From positions 1,320,001 to 1,352,000 of the forward strand of contig NZ_LNTB01000001.1 of assembly GCF_001462395.1 (NCBI RefSeq): 32,000 nucleotides of DNA, written 5' to 3'. Within the stretch, counting starts at the first letter, position 1, and each line of letters begins with the position of its first letter. The notes beneath the pieces are model-generated. The model did not search any database. It saw only the letters and a list, made by a program, of their open reading frames with translations, and had not been told where the DNA came from. The translations under genes were made by a program, and so were the position numbers. Below are positions 24,688 to 32,000 of the stretch, piece by piece. Source of the stretch: Pyrodictium occultum (GTDB lineage Archaea; Thermoproteota; Thermoprotei_A; Sulfolobales; Pyrodictiaceae).

Positions 24688-25395
24688 ATGGGCATCACCG
24701 CTGGCCATCGTGGCAGGGCCGGCTCCCTTAAACCCTCCGCGGCCGCCCCTCTGCACGTTTTTAGTACACGCCACGGCTCTACGCCTAGGGGCCTGCCTCC
24801 CATGCTAGGCCAGCGGCTGCTACGGGTCTTCTACCGCCGGGGGCCGCTCTTCCTACACCACTCGGCGGCCAAGGCCCTGGCGGAGGCTGGGCCCCGCCTC
24901 GTGGCTGATATAGGCTCGGCCAACGCCCTCCTAGCCCGGGCGCTAGAGGACCATGGCTACCTGCCGAGCTACTACCTCGCGCTCGACGTCGACAGCCTCC
25001 TCCTCGCGGCAGCCCCCTCCAGGGCCTGGATCGAGAGGATCCAGGCCTCCGCCGAGAGGCTCCCCCTCCGAGGCCGCGCGGTCGACATGGCTGTGCTGCA
25101 TGACGCCCTTCACCACTTCCACCGGCCCTGGGAGGCTCTAGCGGAGGCGGCGCGGGCGGCAGAGTGCATCCTAATAGACGATATCGACGCCGGGAGGCTC
25201 TCCGGCAAGCTGGTGGAGCTAGCCGAGAGGCTCCTCGGCTTCCCCGCTAGGTTCGCGAGGCCCAGCGAGGTGGCGGAGAAGCTGCAGGAGAACATGATGA
25301 GGGTGGTAATGATGGAGGCCGACCAGGGGCTTCCGACCTACAGGATGCTGGCCTGCCGCGCGGCCGCCCCGGGGAGCAGCCGGGCCCGCCCCTAG
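24688..25395 (+). CDS. Class I SAM-dependent methyltransferase-like protein (weak motifs)
   Basis: Motif I-like LVADIGSANALL, post-I LALDVD, and AERLPLRGRAVDMAVLHDALHHF. The more likely start is ATG 24802 (MLGQRLL...), because 24688-24801 overlaps the ileS 5' region. Confidence 0.5.
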   Translation: MGITAGHRGRAGSLKPSAAAPLHVFSTRHGSTPRGLPPMLGQRLLRVFYRRGPLFLHHSAAKALAEAGPRLVADIGSANALLARALEDHGYLPSYYLALDVDSLLLAAAPSRAWIERIQASAERLPLRGRAVDMAVLHDALHHFHRPWEALAEAARAAECILIDDIDAGRLSGKLVELAERLLGFPARFARPSEVAEKLQENMMRVVMMEADQGLPTYRMLACRAAAPGSSRARP

Positions 25396-28300
25396 GCCCC
25401 ACCCGGGGGCTCCTGCTGGACTGGCAGCAGGCGCTCGGCCTCCTCCCCGGTGAGGCCGCTCTGAGGGCTGTGGAGGGCCCTGCGCAGCTCCTCGAGGACC
25501 TCGCTGAGCACCTTCTGGTAGTCCACGGCGCCCTCTTCTATCCTGTCCATGGTGTCCTGCAGCCTCCTTGTGACCTCCTCTGAGACCAGGCCGCCGAACC
25601 TCTTCATGAGGAAGTCGTAGACCCCTATGCCCCGCGTGGTGGCTATCATAGCCCCCGCCCTGCCGGCGGAGACCACGTAGCCGCGGCGAAGCAGTGTGTC
25701 GATGATCTTGGCGTAGGTGCTGGGCCTCCCTATGCCCCTCTCCTTCATCATCCTCACCACCTCCGCCTGGCTGAGGAGCCGGAGGGGGCTCCAGACCCTG
25801 ACCCCTACACTCTCCAGCCGGTACTCGCCCGGCTCCAGCCGTGGCTGAGGCCTCACCGCCTGGTAGACGTCGAGCCAGCCCGGCTCAATGACCTCGACTA
25901 TGCGCTCCTCGGTCCTCTCAATTCTCTTCGGCTTCTCGCCGGGCAGGCTGATCTCCACCGTTACCCTCGCCCTCTGCCTCCTCACCCTTGCAGACCCCAT
26001 CTGGCTCGCTATGAACCTGCGGAATATGAGGTCGTAGAGCCGGTAGTGGCGCTGCGTCAGCGGCCTCGCCAGCTGGAGCGCGCCCTCCCCGACTAGGCGG
26101 CGGAGGGTCTCAGAGTCGATGGGCCTGGTGGGCCTTATCGCCTCGTGGGCCCCGCCCTCGCCCCAGCGGCGGGGCTGGAACACCTCCTCCAGCCGGTCCT
26201 CGCCGTAGCGGTAGCGGAGATACTCCCTGGCCACTGTTAGGCCCGCGTCGCTCACCCTGGTGCTGTCGGTGCGGTGGTAGGTTATTAGGCCGAGCTCGAA
26301 GAGGTCCTGGGCCAGCTTCATGGCCTCGGGCGCTGAGAGCCCCAGCCTCGCCGCAGCCTCCGCCAGCATGGCGTCGGTGGTGAAGGGTGGGAGGGGCTTC
26401 AGCTCGTCCTCCCACTCCTCGACGTCACCCACCACGGCCCTGACGGCCGCGCCCCCGCGGAGCGCGCTGTTGACCTCCCTTATCACCCTGGCCTTCCTCC
26501 GGCGCGCCTCCTCGAGCCCGCCGAGCCTCTCCAGCACCTCGTGGCGGCGCAGCGCCTCCTCCAGCAGCCCCCTGGCCTCCTCCAGCGCCTCTCTTATCCT
26601 ATCGCTGGCCTCGTCGCCCCTCACCTCGACCTCCAGCTCCCTGCCGTCCCCGTCGCGGAGCCGGAGCCTGTAGAGGGGAATGCGGAGAAACCTGGCGCCC
26701 AGCGTGTGCTCCACTATCCAGCCGAGCACCGGTGTCTGGACGCGGCCGGCGCTGAGGTTGTAGTTGGGCCTGCTGCACTCCTCTCTAAGCATCGCATCCC
26801 TCTCCATAGCATTGAGCATTGCCTTGGCGTCCCTCAGCCTTCTCCTGGCGCTCTGGAGCCGGGACTCGCGGCTCCAGGTGCAGAAGCGCGGCCAGAACTT
26901 GGTCCAGAGCACCGGGCTCAGTGTGAAGCCTATCCAGCGGTCCTCCACCCTCCGGACTATCTGGGCCTCCACCAGCCTCTCGAGGAAGGGCCTTGCCCCG
27001 TGTATAGCCTCTAGTATCGCGCGGCGGGTTATCTCGTGAAACTCCACCCTCACAATGCTCCTCGCCATGGGTCTTATCAGGCTGGCCAGGTCCCAGCCTA
27101 TCTTCTCGCCCTCGGTGTCGGGGTCAGTGCCTATCATCACCACGTCAACCTCGCTGGCCAGGTCGCGGAGGGCCTCCACTATGTCCCAGCTGCTCTTCAC
27201 CAGCGGCGAGCCGCAGACGGGGCAGCGCAGCTCCCCCCTCCCGGTGACCGGGTTGTAGTCCTCGGGGCTCACTGGCCACTGGTGGCCGCAGGCGAGGCAG
27301 CGGGCCAGGGGGGCGTAGACGGGCAGGAAGCGCCTCCCACCCCCGCGGGCCACCAGGACGCCGTGGACATTCCGGGCGCTGGGCCAGTCGTAGCCCTCCA
27401 CAGAGCCCCGCAGCTCGTCGAGCAGCCACTCGGGGCCCGCCAGCTCTCGGGGCGTGGCGGGCTTCACGAGGTCGTAGACGTGGCCCCCGCTCGCAGCGAC
27501 TAGGAGGACGTAGTCGCCGGTGGAGACCTCGTAGACCCTCAGCGGGCCTATCTGCCGGGCGCTGGGCCTCCCGAAGAACCCTGCTATAGTCCTCGCCTTG
27601 TTCGGGCTCTCCACCACCAGCAGCGCCGTCCTGACGAGCTCCATGGTCTCCGGCTTAACCCTCCCCTCGAGGACCGCCCTGACCCTCTCCCTGTCCATGT
27701 TTATCTCGCGGAGCAGCGATGGGAGGTCCAGCTCCTCGAACCTCCTCCACTCCGCCTCCACCAGCCAGCGGGTCCTCCTCATCAGCCCGTTGAGCAGCCT
27801 CGGGTCGTCGGCCACAACCACGCTCAGCCCCTTGGTTATCCCCCCGGCGAAGAGCCTGCTCGTCCTGCCCGAGGCCTGGATGTAGGTGGCTACATCGGGC
27901 ACCAGTATGTAGGCCCGCCCCTCCTCCCTCACCACTGCTATGTCGTCGGCCCGCTCCAGGGCCCTCCAGACATCCTCCCTCCTCATAGTGTCCCGGAGCC
28001 ACTCGAGAGCCGAGGCGAACTCCCTGGCGGCATCGCTCCCGGGCCTCCCGCTCCGGAGCTCCTCCGCGACCCTCGCCAGCGCCGCCTGGCTCAGTCTCCG
28101 GGCGAGCGCCCTCAGCTTGCCCAGGAGCGTCTGCGCCCTCTCAGCCACGTCCCTCGGCGCGTGTTCGGCCAGCACCGCGAGGGCGCGGAGGATGCTCAGG
28201 GGGTGCGGGTCCTCGAACCTGGCGCTGAAGCGGAGCCGGGGCACGCCGGCGAAGACCGCGTAGCGGATCCTCTCCGGCAGATCGAGGCCCCTCACAGCCA

Positions 28301-29696
28301 CGCCGTAGTAGACGGCTACGCCCACCAGCACCTGGGTCTCGCCGCTCCGGAACCTCTCCAGCGCCCCTGGGTTCTGGGAGGTGAACGCCTCCGCCGCCAC
28401 CCCGCGGCTGCGGAGGAGCTCGGCGAGCCTCTCAGCATACTCAGCGCCCCGGTCCACCGGCACGTACACTAGCCCGCCGTCCCCCAGCTTCGAGACTATC
28501 TCGACAACCCGCTCCTCGAGCCCCCCGGGGCCGGGGGAGGTGTAGGAGTCCACGATGTTCCTTATCGCCTCCCCCGCCGAGCCCGCCTGGAAGCCGAGCA
28601 GCGCCTGGAAGAGCCTCACCCTGCTGCCCCTAGGCCTCCCGGTGGCGCTGCTGACCACGAGCACCGCCGCCCGGCGCCGGGCCTTCTCGAGCCTCTCCTC
28701 TATCCTCCTCAGCTCCCGGTAGAGGGGCTCCAGGGTCTCCTCGAACACCCTCCTACGCAGCTCCCGCACCTCCTCGGCGGTGAGGCGGCGGCCCCTCCTC
28801 CTGGCCTGCTGCCTCAGCCTCTCAAGCCTCCTGGCCAGCTCCTTCTGGGCCCTCCGGGTCTCCCAGACGAGGCGGCGCTGGAGCTGGAGGAGCCTCCAGC
28901 CCAGCTCCACCTCCTCCCTGCTGAACCCCACCACGCGGAGGACCGCGTCTACGCTCCTCCCGCTTTTCAGCACCGCGTCCACGTCGTCCACGAATACGAA
29001 GCGGAAGCCCCTCCCCCACTGCTCCCTGAGGCCGGCGAGCGTCTCAGCGTTCCTCACTAGGTACTGGCTGGTAGTGATCAGTATGTCGAAGTCGCCCTCC
29101 GCCACCCTCTCCAGCAGCCGCCTCCTCTGCTTCTGGGAGAGCCGGCTGTGGAGCGCTACTATCCTAGCCGGGACCCCCGCGGCGTCGGCCAGGCGGAGAG
29201 CCCGCTCCTCAACCATCTTCACCAGGGGCGTGGTGGGGACAACTATGTAGCTCTTCTCCCCCCGCGAGGCCAGGTAGACGGCCATCAGCACGCCGAACGT
29301 GGTCTTACCCACACCAGTCGGGGCTATGGCCGCGAAGCTCTTCCCCTTAAGCACCCTCCTAACCCATGCACGCTGCGCGCTCCAGAGCCTGGAGCCCGTA
29401 GCCTTCTCGAAGAGAGCCTCGACCTCCCTAGCCTCCCTCTCAACCCTCGCATAGCGCTCCAGCGGGCTCCCCTTCCTCAGCCCCCTAGCCTTCTCCACAG
29501 CCTCCGCCACATCGAGGACGGACTCGGCGGCAACCCGCTCCGGCAGGCAGCGGGGGCAGGGGAGCCCGAGCTGGAGCCGGTCATCCCCCTCTGGGCCGCA
29601 GCAGCCCGGGCAGGAGAAGAAGTACACACCCCTAGCAGGCTCGGAGCCACCGGCCCAGCTCAAGGCAGCACCATTCCCCGCGTAGAGGCCATACAC
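25392..29696 (-). CDS. rgy: Reverse gyrase (SF2 helicase-like domain fused to type IA topoisomerase)
   Basis: The N-terminal Zn finger is FFSCPGCCG...CPRC. Helicase motifs are APTGVGKTT, VFVDDVD and VSSATG. The Toprim/topo IA part has LLVVESPNKA, IGTDPDTEGE, a second Zn finger CLACGH...CPVCGS, and ITYHRTDST (catalytic Tyr). 1434 aa. Confidence 0.95.
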   Translation of the reverse strand: MYGLYAGNGAALSWAGGSEPARGVYFFSCPGCCGPEGDDRLQLGLPCPRCLPERVAAESVLDVAEAVEKARGLRKGSPLERYARVEREAREVEALFEKATGSRLWSAQRAWVRRVLKGKSFAAIAPTGVGKTTFGVLMAVYLASRGEKSYIVVPTTPLVKMVEERALRLADAAGVPARIVALHSRLSQKQRRRLLERVAEGDFDILITTSQYLVRNAETLAGLREQWGRGFRFVFVDDVDAVLKSGRSVDAVLRVVGFSREEVELGWRLLQLQRRLVWETRRAQKELARRLERLRQQARRRGRRLTAEEVRELRRRVFEETLEPLYRELRRIEERLEKARRRAAVLVVSSATGRPRGSRVRLFQALLGFQAGSAGEAIRNIVDSYTSPGPGGLEERVVEIVSKLGDGGLVYVPVDRGAEYAERLAELLRSRGVAAEAFTSQNPGALERFRSGETQVLVGVAVYYGVAVRGLDLPERIRYAVFAGVPRLRFSARFEDPHPLSILRALAVLAEHAPRDVAERAQTLLGKLRALARRLSQAALARVAEELRSGRPGSDAAREFASALEWLRDTMRREDVWRALERADDIAVVREEGRAYILVPDVATYIQASGRTSRLFAGGITKGLSVVVADDPRLLNGLMRRTRWLVEAEWRRFEELDLPSLLREINMDRERVRAVLEGRVKPETMELVRTALLVVESPNKARTIAGFFGRPSARQIGPLRVYEVSTGDYVLLVAASGGHVYDLVKPATPRELAGPEWLLDELRGSVEGYDWPSARNVHGVLVARGGGRRFLPVYAPLARCLACGHQWPVSPEDYNPVTGRGELRCPVCGSPLVKSSWDIVEALRDLASEVDVVMIGTDPDTEGEKIGWDLASLIRPMARSIVRVEFHEITRRAILEAIHGARPFLERLVEAQIVRRVEDRWIGFTLSPVLWTKFWPRFCTWSRESRLQSARRRLRDAKAMLNAMERDAMLREECSRPNYNLSAGRVQTPVLGWIVEHTLGARFLRIPLYRLRLRDGDGRELEVEVRGDEASDRIREALEEARGLLEEALRRHEVLERLGGLEEARRRKARVIREVNSALRGGAAVRAVVGDVEEWEDELKPLPPFTTDAMLAEAAARLGLSAPEAMKLAQDLFELGLITYHRTDSTRVSDAGLTVAREYLRYRYGEDRLEEVFQPRRWGEGGAHEAIRPTRPIDSETLRRLVGEGALQLARPLTQRHYRLYDLIFRRFIASQMGSARVRRQRARVTVEISLPGEKPKRIERTEERIVEVIEPGWLDVYQAVRPQPRLEPGEYRLESVGVRVWSPLRLLSQAEVVRMMKERGIGRPSTYAKIIDTLLRRGYVVSAGRAGAMIATTRGIGVYDFLMKRFGGLVSEEVTRRLQDTMDRIEEGAVDYQKVLSEVLEELRRALHSPQSGLTGEEAERLLPVQQEPPGGA

Positions 29697-29744
29697 GCCC
29701 CGAGGGGCCCGGGCCCTGGAAGCCCCAAGCCCCCGTGCAGCGAG

Positions 29745-29767
29745 CTTATAATTGTAATAACGTTTTT
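29745..29767. promoter_or_regulatory. AT-rich patch (CTTATAATTGTAATAACGTTTTT) in the rgy/purE divergent intergenic region
   Basis: The only AT-rich block in 29697-29911. It contains TATA-like elements on both strands, about 50-70 nt upstream of the rgy GTG at 29696. Confidence 0.3.
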
Positions 29768-29911
29768 GCGTCCCCGGGCCACGCAGCCCCTATGTCAACC
29801 CACCGTCCGCGGGCCCGGCGAGCGCCTAGCCCCGCTGCTGCAGCCCCGGGCTATAGCCTTGCTTGGAGCCCTTCCTAGGCTGCCCCCGGCTACTGCTACG
29901 CGTATGCAGGG

Positions 29912-30445
29912 TTGAGCGTCTTGATGGCGTCTAGGGCTTCTAGCGCGTGGCCCAGCCCCCGGGGGCTCTATGGTTTTCTAGCTGCTCCGGGGATGCTGCG
30001 GCCCCCGGGAGGCGGGGTTCCTGGCTTGCGCTGCCGGGGCCGTGTAGCGGTCGTGGTCGGTAGTAGGAGCGACTTGGAGTATGCGGAGCGTGCCGAGAAG
30101 GTGCTGCGTGGGGCCGGCGTGGAGGTTGAGGTCCGGGTTTTGAGCGCGCACCGGGACCCGGAGGCTCTCGACGAGTTTATCCGGTCTAGCTGCGGCAGGG
30201 TGGACGTCTACATCGCTATGGCCGGGCTTTCCGCCGCGCTCCCCGGGTATATTGCCTCGAGGTGCGGTAAGCCTGTCGTGGGCGTCCCCCTGCCGGTGGG
30301 CCCGTTGAAGGGTGTTGACGCCCTCCTCTCCATCGTGCAGATGCCCCGGGGTGTGCCGGTGGCCTCTGTGGGCATCGGCGCCGCGGAGAATGCTGCGCTG
30401 TTCGCCCTCCGGGTCCTGGCCGCCGGGAGCCGCTGCGGGGAGTAG
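29912..30445 (+). CDS. purE: N5-carboxyaminoimidazole ribonucleotide mutase / AIR carboxylase catalytic subunit
   Basis: VAVVVGSRSDLEYAE, RVLSAHRDPE, IAMAGLSAALPGYIAS, PVVGVPL and SIVQMPRGVPVASVGIG are the conserved PurE blocks. The likely true start is ATG 29993 or 29924 rather than TTG 29912. Confidence 0.9.
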   Translation: MSVLMASRASSAWPSPRGLYGFLAAPGMLRPPGGGVPGLRCRGRVAVVVGSRSDLEYAERAEKVLRGAGVEVEVRVLSAHRDPEALDEFIRSSCGRVDVYIAMAGLSAALPGYIASRCGKPVVGVPLPVGPLKGVDALLSIVQMPRGVPVASVGIGAAENAALFALRVLAAGSRCGE

Positions 30446-30447
30446 AG

Positions 30448-30455
30448 CTTTTTAT
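30448..30455 (+). promoter_or_regulatory. T-rich element CTTTTTAT: purE terminator and/or hypA TATA box
   Basis: A T5 run lies 4 nt after the purE stop and about 50 nt upstream of the hypA TTG at 30502. The role is ambiguous from sequence alone. Confidence 0.3.
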
Positions 30456-30465
30456 CCACGCGCTG

Positions 30466-30921
30466 GTGCACCTCTCCTTGTCGCGGGGTGCGCCCAGGGC
30501 TTTGCACGAGTGGGCGCTCGTGAACGCGATAATAGCGGAGATAGAGGACAAGGTGCGCCAGGGCTACGGGGTGGAGGAGGTCAAGATTATCCTCGGGGAG
30601 CTGCAGAACGTCGACCGCGGCGTTGTCGAGGCGTACCTGGGGAAGGCTCTCCCCGAGATAGCCCCCGGGGCTAGAGTGGTCTACGTGGAGGAGCCCGCCA
30701 GGTTCCGCTGCAGGGTCTGCGGCTACGAGTGGGGCCTCGACGAGGTGGAGCTGGACGAGGAGACCCGTGAGGCCATCCACTTCGTGCCGGAGGCCGTCTA
30801 CAGCTTCGTCCGCTGCCCCCGCTGCGGGAGCAGGGACTACGATATAGTCCAGGGCCGCGGGGTTAAGCTCGCCCTGGCCGTTAGGAGGAAGGGCGAGGAG
30901 GCGGCGGGAGAGGGGAGGTGA
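30466..30921 (+). CDS. hypA: Hydrogenase nickel-incorporation/maturation factor HypA
   Basis: HEWALVNAII..., VKIILGELQNV, the zinc motif CRVCGYEW ... CPRCGS, and IHFVPE resemble archaeal HypA end to end. The family N-terminus MHEWAL maps to an in-frame TTG at 30502, so the likely CDS is 30502-30921. Confidence 0.9.
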   Translation: MHLSLSRGAPRALHEWALVNAIIAEIEDKVRQGYGVEEVKIILGELQNVDRGVVEAYLGKALPEIAPGARVVYVEEPARFRCRVCGYEWGLDEVELDEETREAIHFVPEAVYSFVRCPRCGSRDYDIVQGRGVKLALAVRRKGEEAAGEGR

Positions 30922-31688
30922 GCCCGGGGATGGCGCGTGGAGAGGCCGTGCTCGACCCCAGGCTGGCCGGAGCGAGGCAGATGCTCTCCAGGGTCAGGGC
31001 CGTGGTCCCCGTTATGAGCGCTAAGGGCGGCGTCGGCAAGACCCTGGTGGCGGTGATCGCCGCGCTCCACGCCGCGAGGCGGGGTAGGAGGACCGGGCTC
31101 CTCGACCTGGACGTGACGAGCCCCTCCGCCCACATAGCCCTCGGCGTGGACCCGGGGAGCCTGCAGCCGGAGGAGAAGAACGGCGTAGTCCCCCCGCTCG
31201 TGGCGGGCGTCAGGTTCATGACAGTGGCCTACTATACCTGGGACAGGCCGACGCCGCTCCGCGGCCAGGCCGTCGACGACGCTATCAGGGAGGTGCTGGC
31301 AGTCACCAACTGGGGGGAGCTGGACCTGCTGATAGTCGACACGCCGCCGGGCCTCCGGGACGAGGCCCTGGACACGCTGGAGTACCTGCCGGACCCCAGG
31401 GTGGTGGCTGTCGCCACTCCCTCGAGGCTGGCCCGCGCCGGGGTGGAGAGGCTGCTAGCCCTGCTGGAGGAGCAGGGACAGCCCCGCTACCTCCTCGTCA
31501 ACATGTACGCGGGGGGCGACGGGCTCGAGGACCTGGCCGAGAAGTACGGGGCCAGGTACCTGGGGAGGGTGAGGCTCGACCCCTCCGTCGAGGAGGCCCT
31601 CGGCGACCCCGAGAAGTTGCTCTCAACCGGCATGGCCAGGGACGTCGCGGAGGCGGTTGACAGGCTCCTCGAGGACCTCGGCATCTAG
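30918..31688 (+). CDS. hypB: Mrp/MinD-family P-loop ATPase (ATPase-type HypB candidate)
   Basis: Deviant Walker A VMSAKGGVGKTLVA and Walker B DLLIVDTPPG. A GTGA start/stop overlap with hypA gives the same hypA-adjacent arrangement known for ATPase-type HypB in Thermococcales. Confidence 0.7.
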   Translation: MSPGMARGEAVLDPRLAGARQMLSRVRAVVPVMSAKGGVGKTLVAVIAALHAARRGRRTGLLDLDVTSPSAHIALGVDPGSLQPEEKNGVVPPLVAGVRFMTVAYYTWDRPTPLRGQAVDDAIREVLAVTNWGELDLLIVDTPPGLRDEALDTLEYLPDPRVVAVATPSRLARAGVERLLALLEEQGQPRYLLVNMYAGGDGLEDLAEKYGARYLGRVRLDPSVEEALGDPEKLLSTGMARDVAEAVDRLLEDLGI

Positions 31689-31713
31689 CCCACGCCGCGC
31701 CGCCGGCCCCGGG

Positions 31714-32000
31714 CTAGTCCCCGGGCATCGGGTTCTCGTAGAGGGGGCGCCCCATCCTAGTGGGAGGGGCTAGCCAGTCCACCACCGCTCTCGGGTCCCT
31801 GTACTCTACGATGAAGGTTATCGGGCCCATCGCCGCCTCCGCGTCCATGTCTACGAGGCTCAGCCTGCCCACATAGGCCGCCTGCTTGTTTATCTTAAAC
31901 ACCAGCACGCCCTGGTCGATGCCGTGGAGCATGTAGCTGCGGGCTGCGTCCAGGATCCTCTCGCGGCGGAGCAGCTCGTGGAGCCTCAGGAGGCTGCGGA
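31714..32000 (-). CDS. Hypothetical protein, C-terminal part (ORF open to the window end)
   Basis: The frame stays open upstream of the listed ATG at 31932 (..RSLLRLHELLRRERILDAARSYMLHGIDQGV...). Codon usage is host-like. No family was recognised. Confidence 0.45.
   Translation of the reverse strand, partial: RSLLRLHELLRRERILDAARSYMLHGIDQGVLVFKINKQAAYVGRLSLVDMDAEAAMGPITFIVEYRDPRAVVDWLAPPTRMGRPLYENPMPGD

Noticed and set aside
25392-29696. Possible intein in the over-long reverse gyrase
   Set aside because: No Cys/Ser-initiated splicing block, no His-Asn C-terminal junction and no homing-endonuclease (LAGLIDADG) motifs are visible. The extra length looks like charged helical insertions.
29148-29915. 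255-aa + strand ORF spanning the rgy 5' end and the rgy/purE spacer
   Set aside because: Mostly antisense to the reverse gyrase N-terminus, low-complexity, and with no independent start context. The intergenic part (29697-29911) gave no convincing ORF or RNA.
1-32000. CRISPR arrays, tRNA or rRNA genes
   Set aside because: Scanning the intergenic regions showed no regularly spaced direct repeats, no T-loop (GGTTCRAATCC-like) or cloverleaf candidates, and no rRNA-like conserved blocks. All spacers over 100 nt are accounted for above.

Overview
This is a 32-kb, very GC-rich chromosomal segment that reads as a hyperthermophilic archaeon. The evidence is reverse gyrase, a HerA-like/NurA-like pair, a Sec11/SipW-type signal peptidase, HypA next to an Mrp/MinD-type ATPase, AGG/CTC-biased codons, and short TATA-like AT patches as the only AT-rich intergenic signals. 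I support 26 protein-coding features. I recognised no rRNA, tRNA, CRISPR array, transposase or integrase.

The flanks are housekeeping genes.
- Left flank: hyuB and hyuA (hyuA split by a 1-nt frameshift), a CDP-alcohol phosphatidyltransferase, a stand-alone HerA-like/NurA-like pair, a degenerate flavodiiron-like protein, a PP-loop/PAPS-reductase-like enzyme, an Arch_ATPase/DUF234 protein and a CYTH protein.
- Right flank: ileS (conserved N-terminal codons lie upstream of any usable start codon), a methyltransferase-like ORF, reverse gyrase, purE and hypA-hypB.

The centre, about 10.5-21.6 kb, is a visibly more AT-rich cell-envelope locus. It holds:
- two paralogous secreted proteins with a shared post-signal motif (FATTxSPLxxFxAVGGA);
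- a membrane-tethered P-loop ATPase followed 27 nt later by a type I signal peptidase;
- small membrane proteins;
- a 1296-aa beta-helix/PKD surface glycoprotein;
- a PP2C-like phosphatase.

My best candidate for an undescribed system is the ATPase + signal peptidase + secreted-paralog module (10.6-14.7 kb). It could be a Sec-dependent, non-type-IV surface filament or export-processing system. That reading is inference from architecture and context, not from any search. Every long Arg/Pro/Gly-rich ORF antisense to these genes is treated as a GC-driven shadow ORF.
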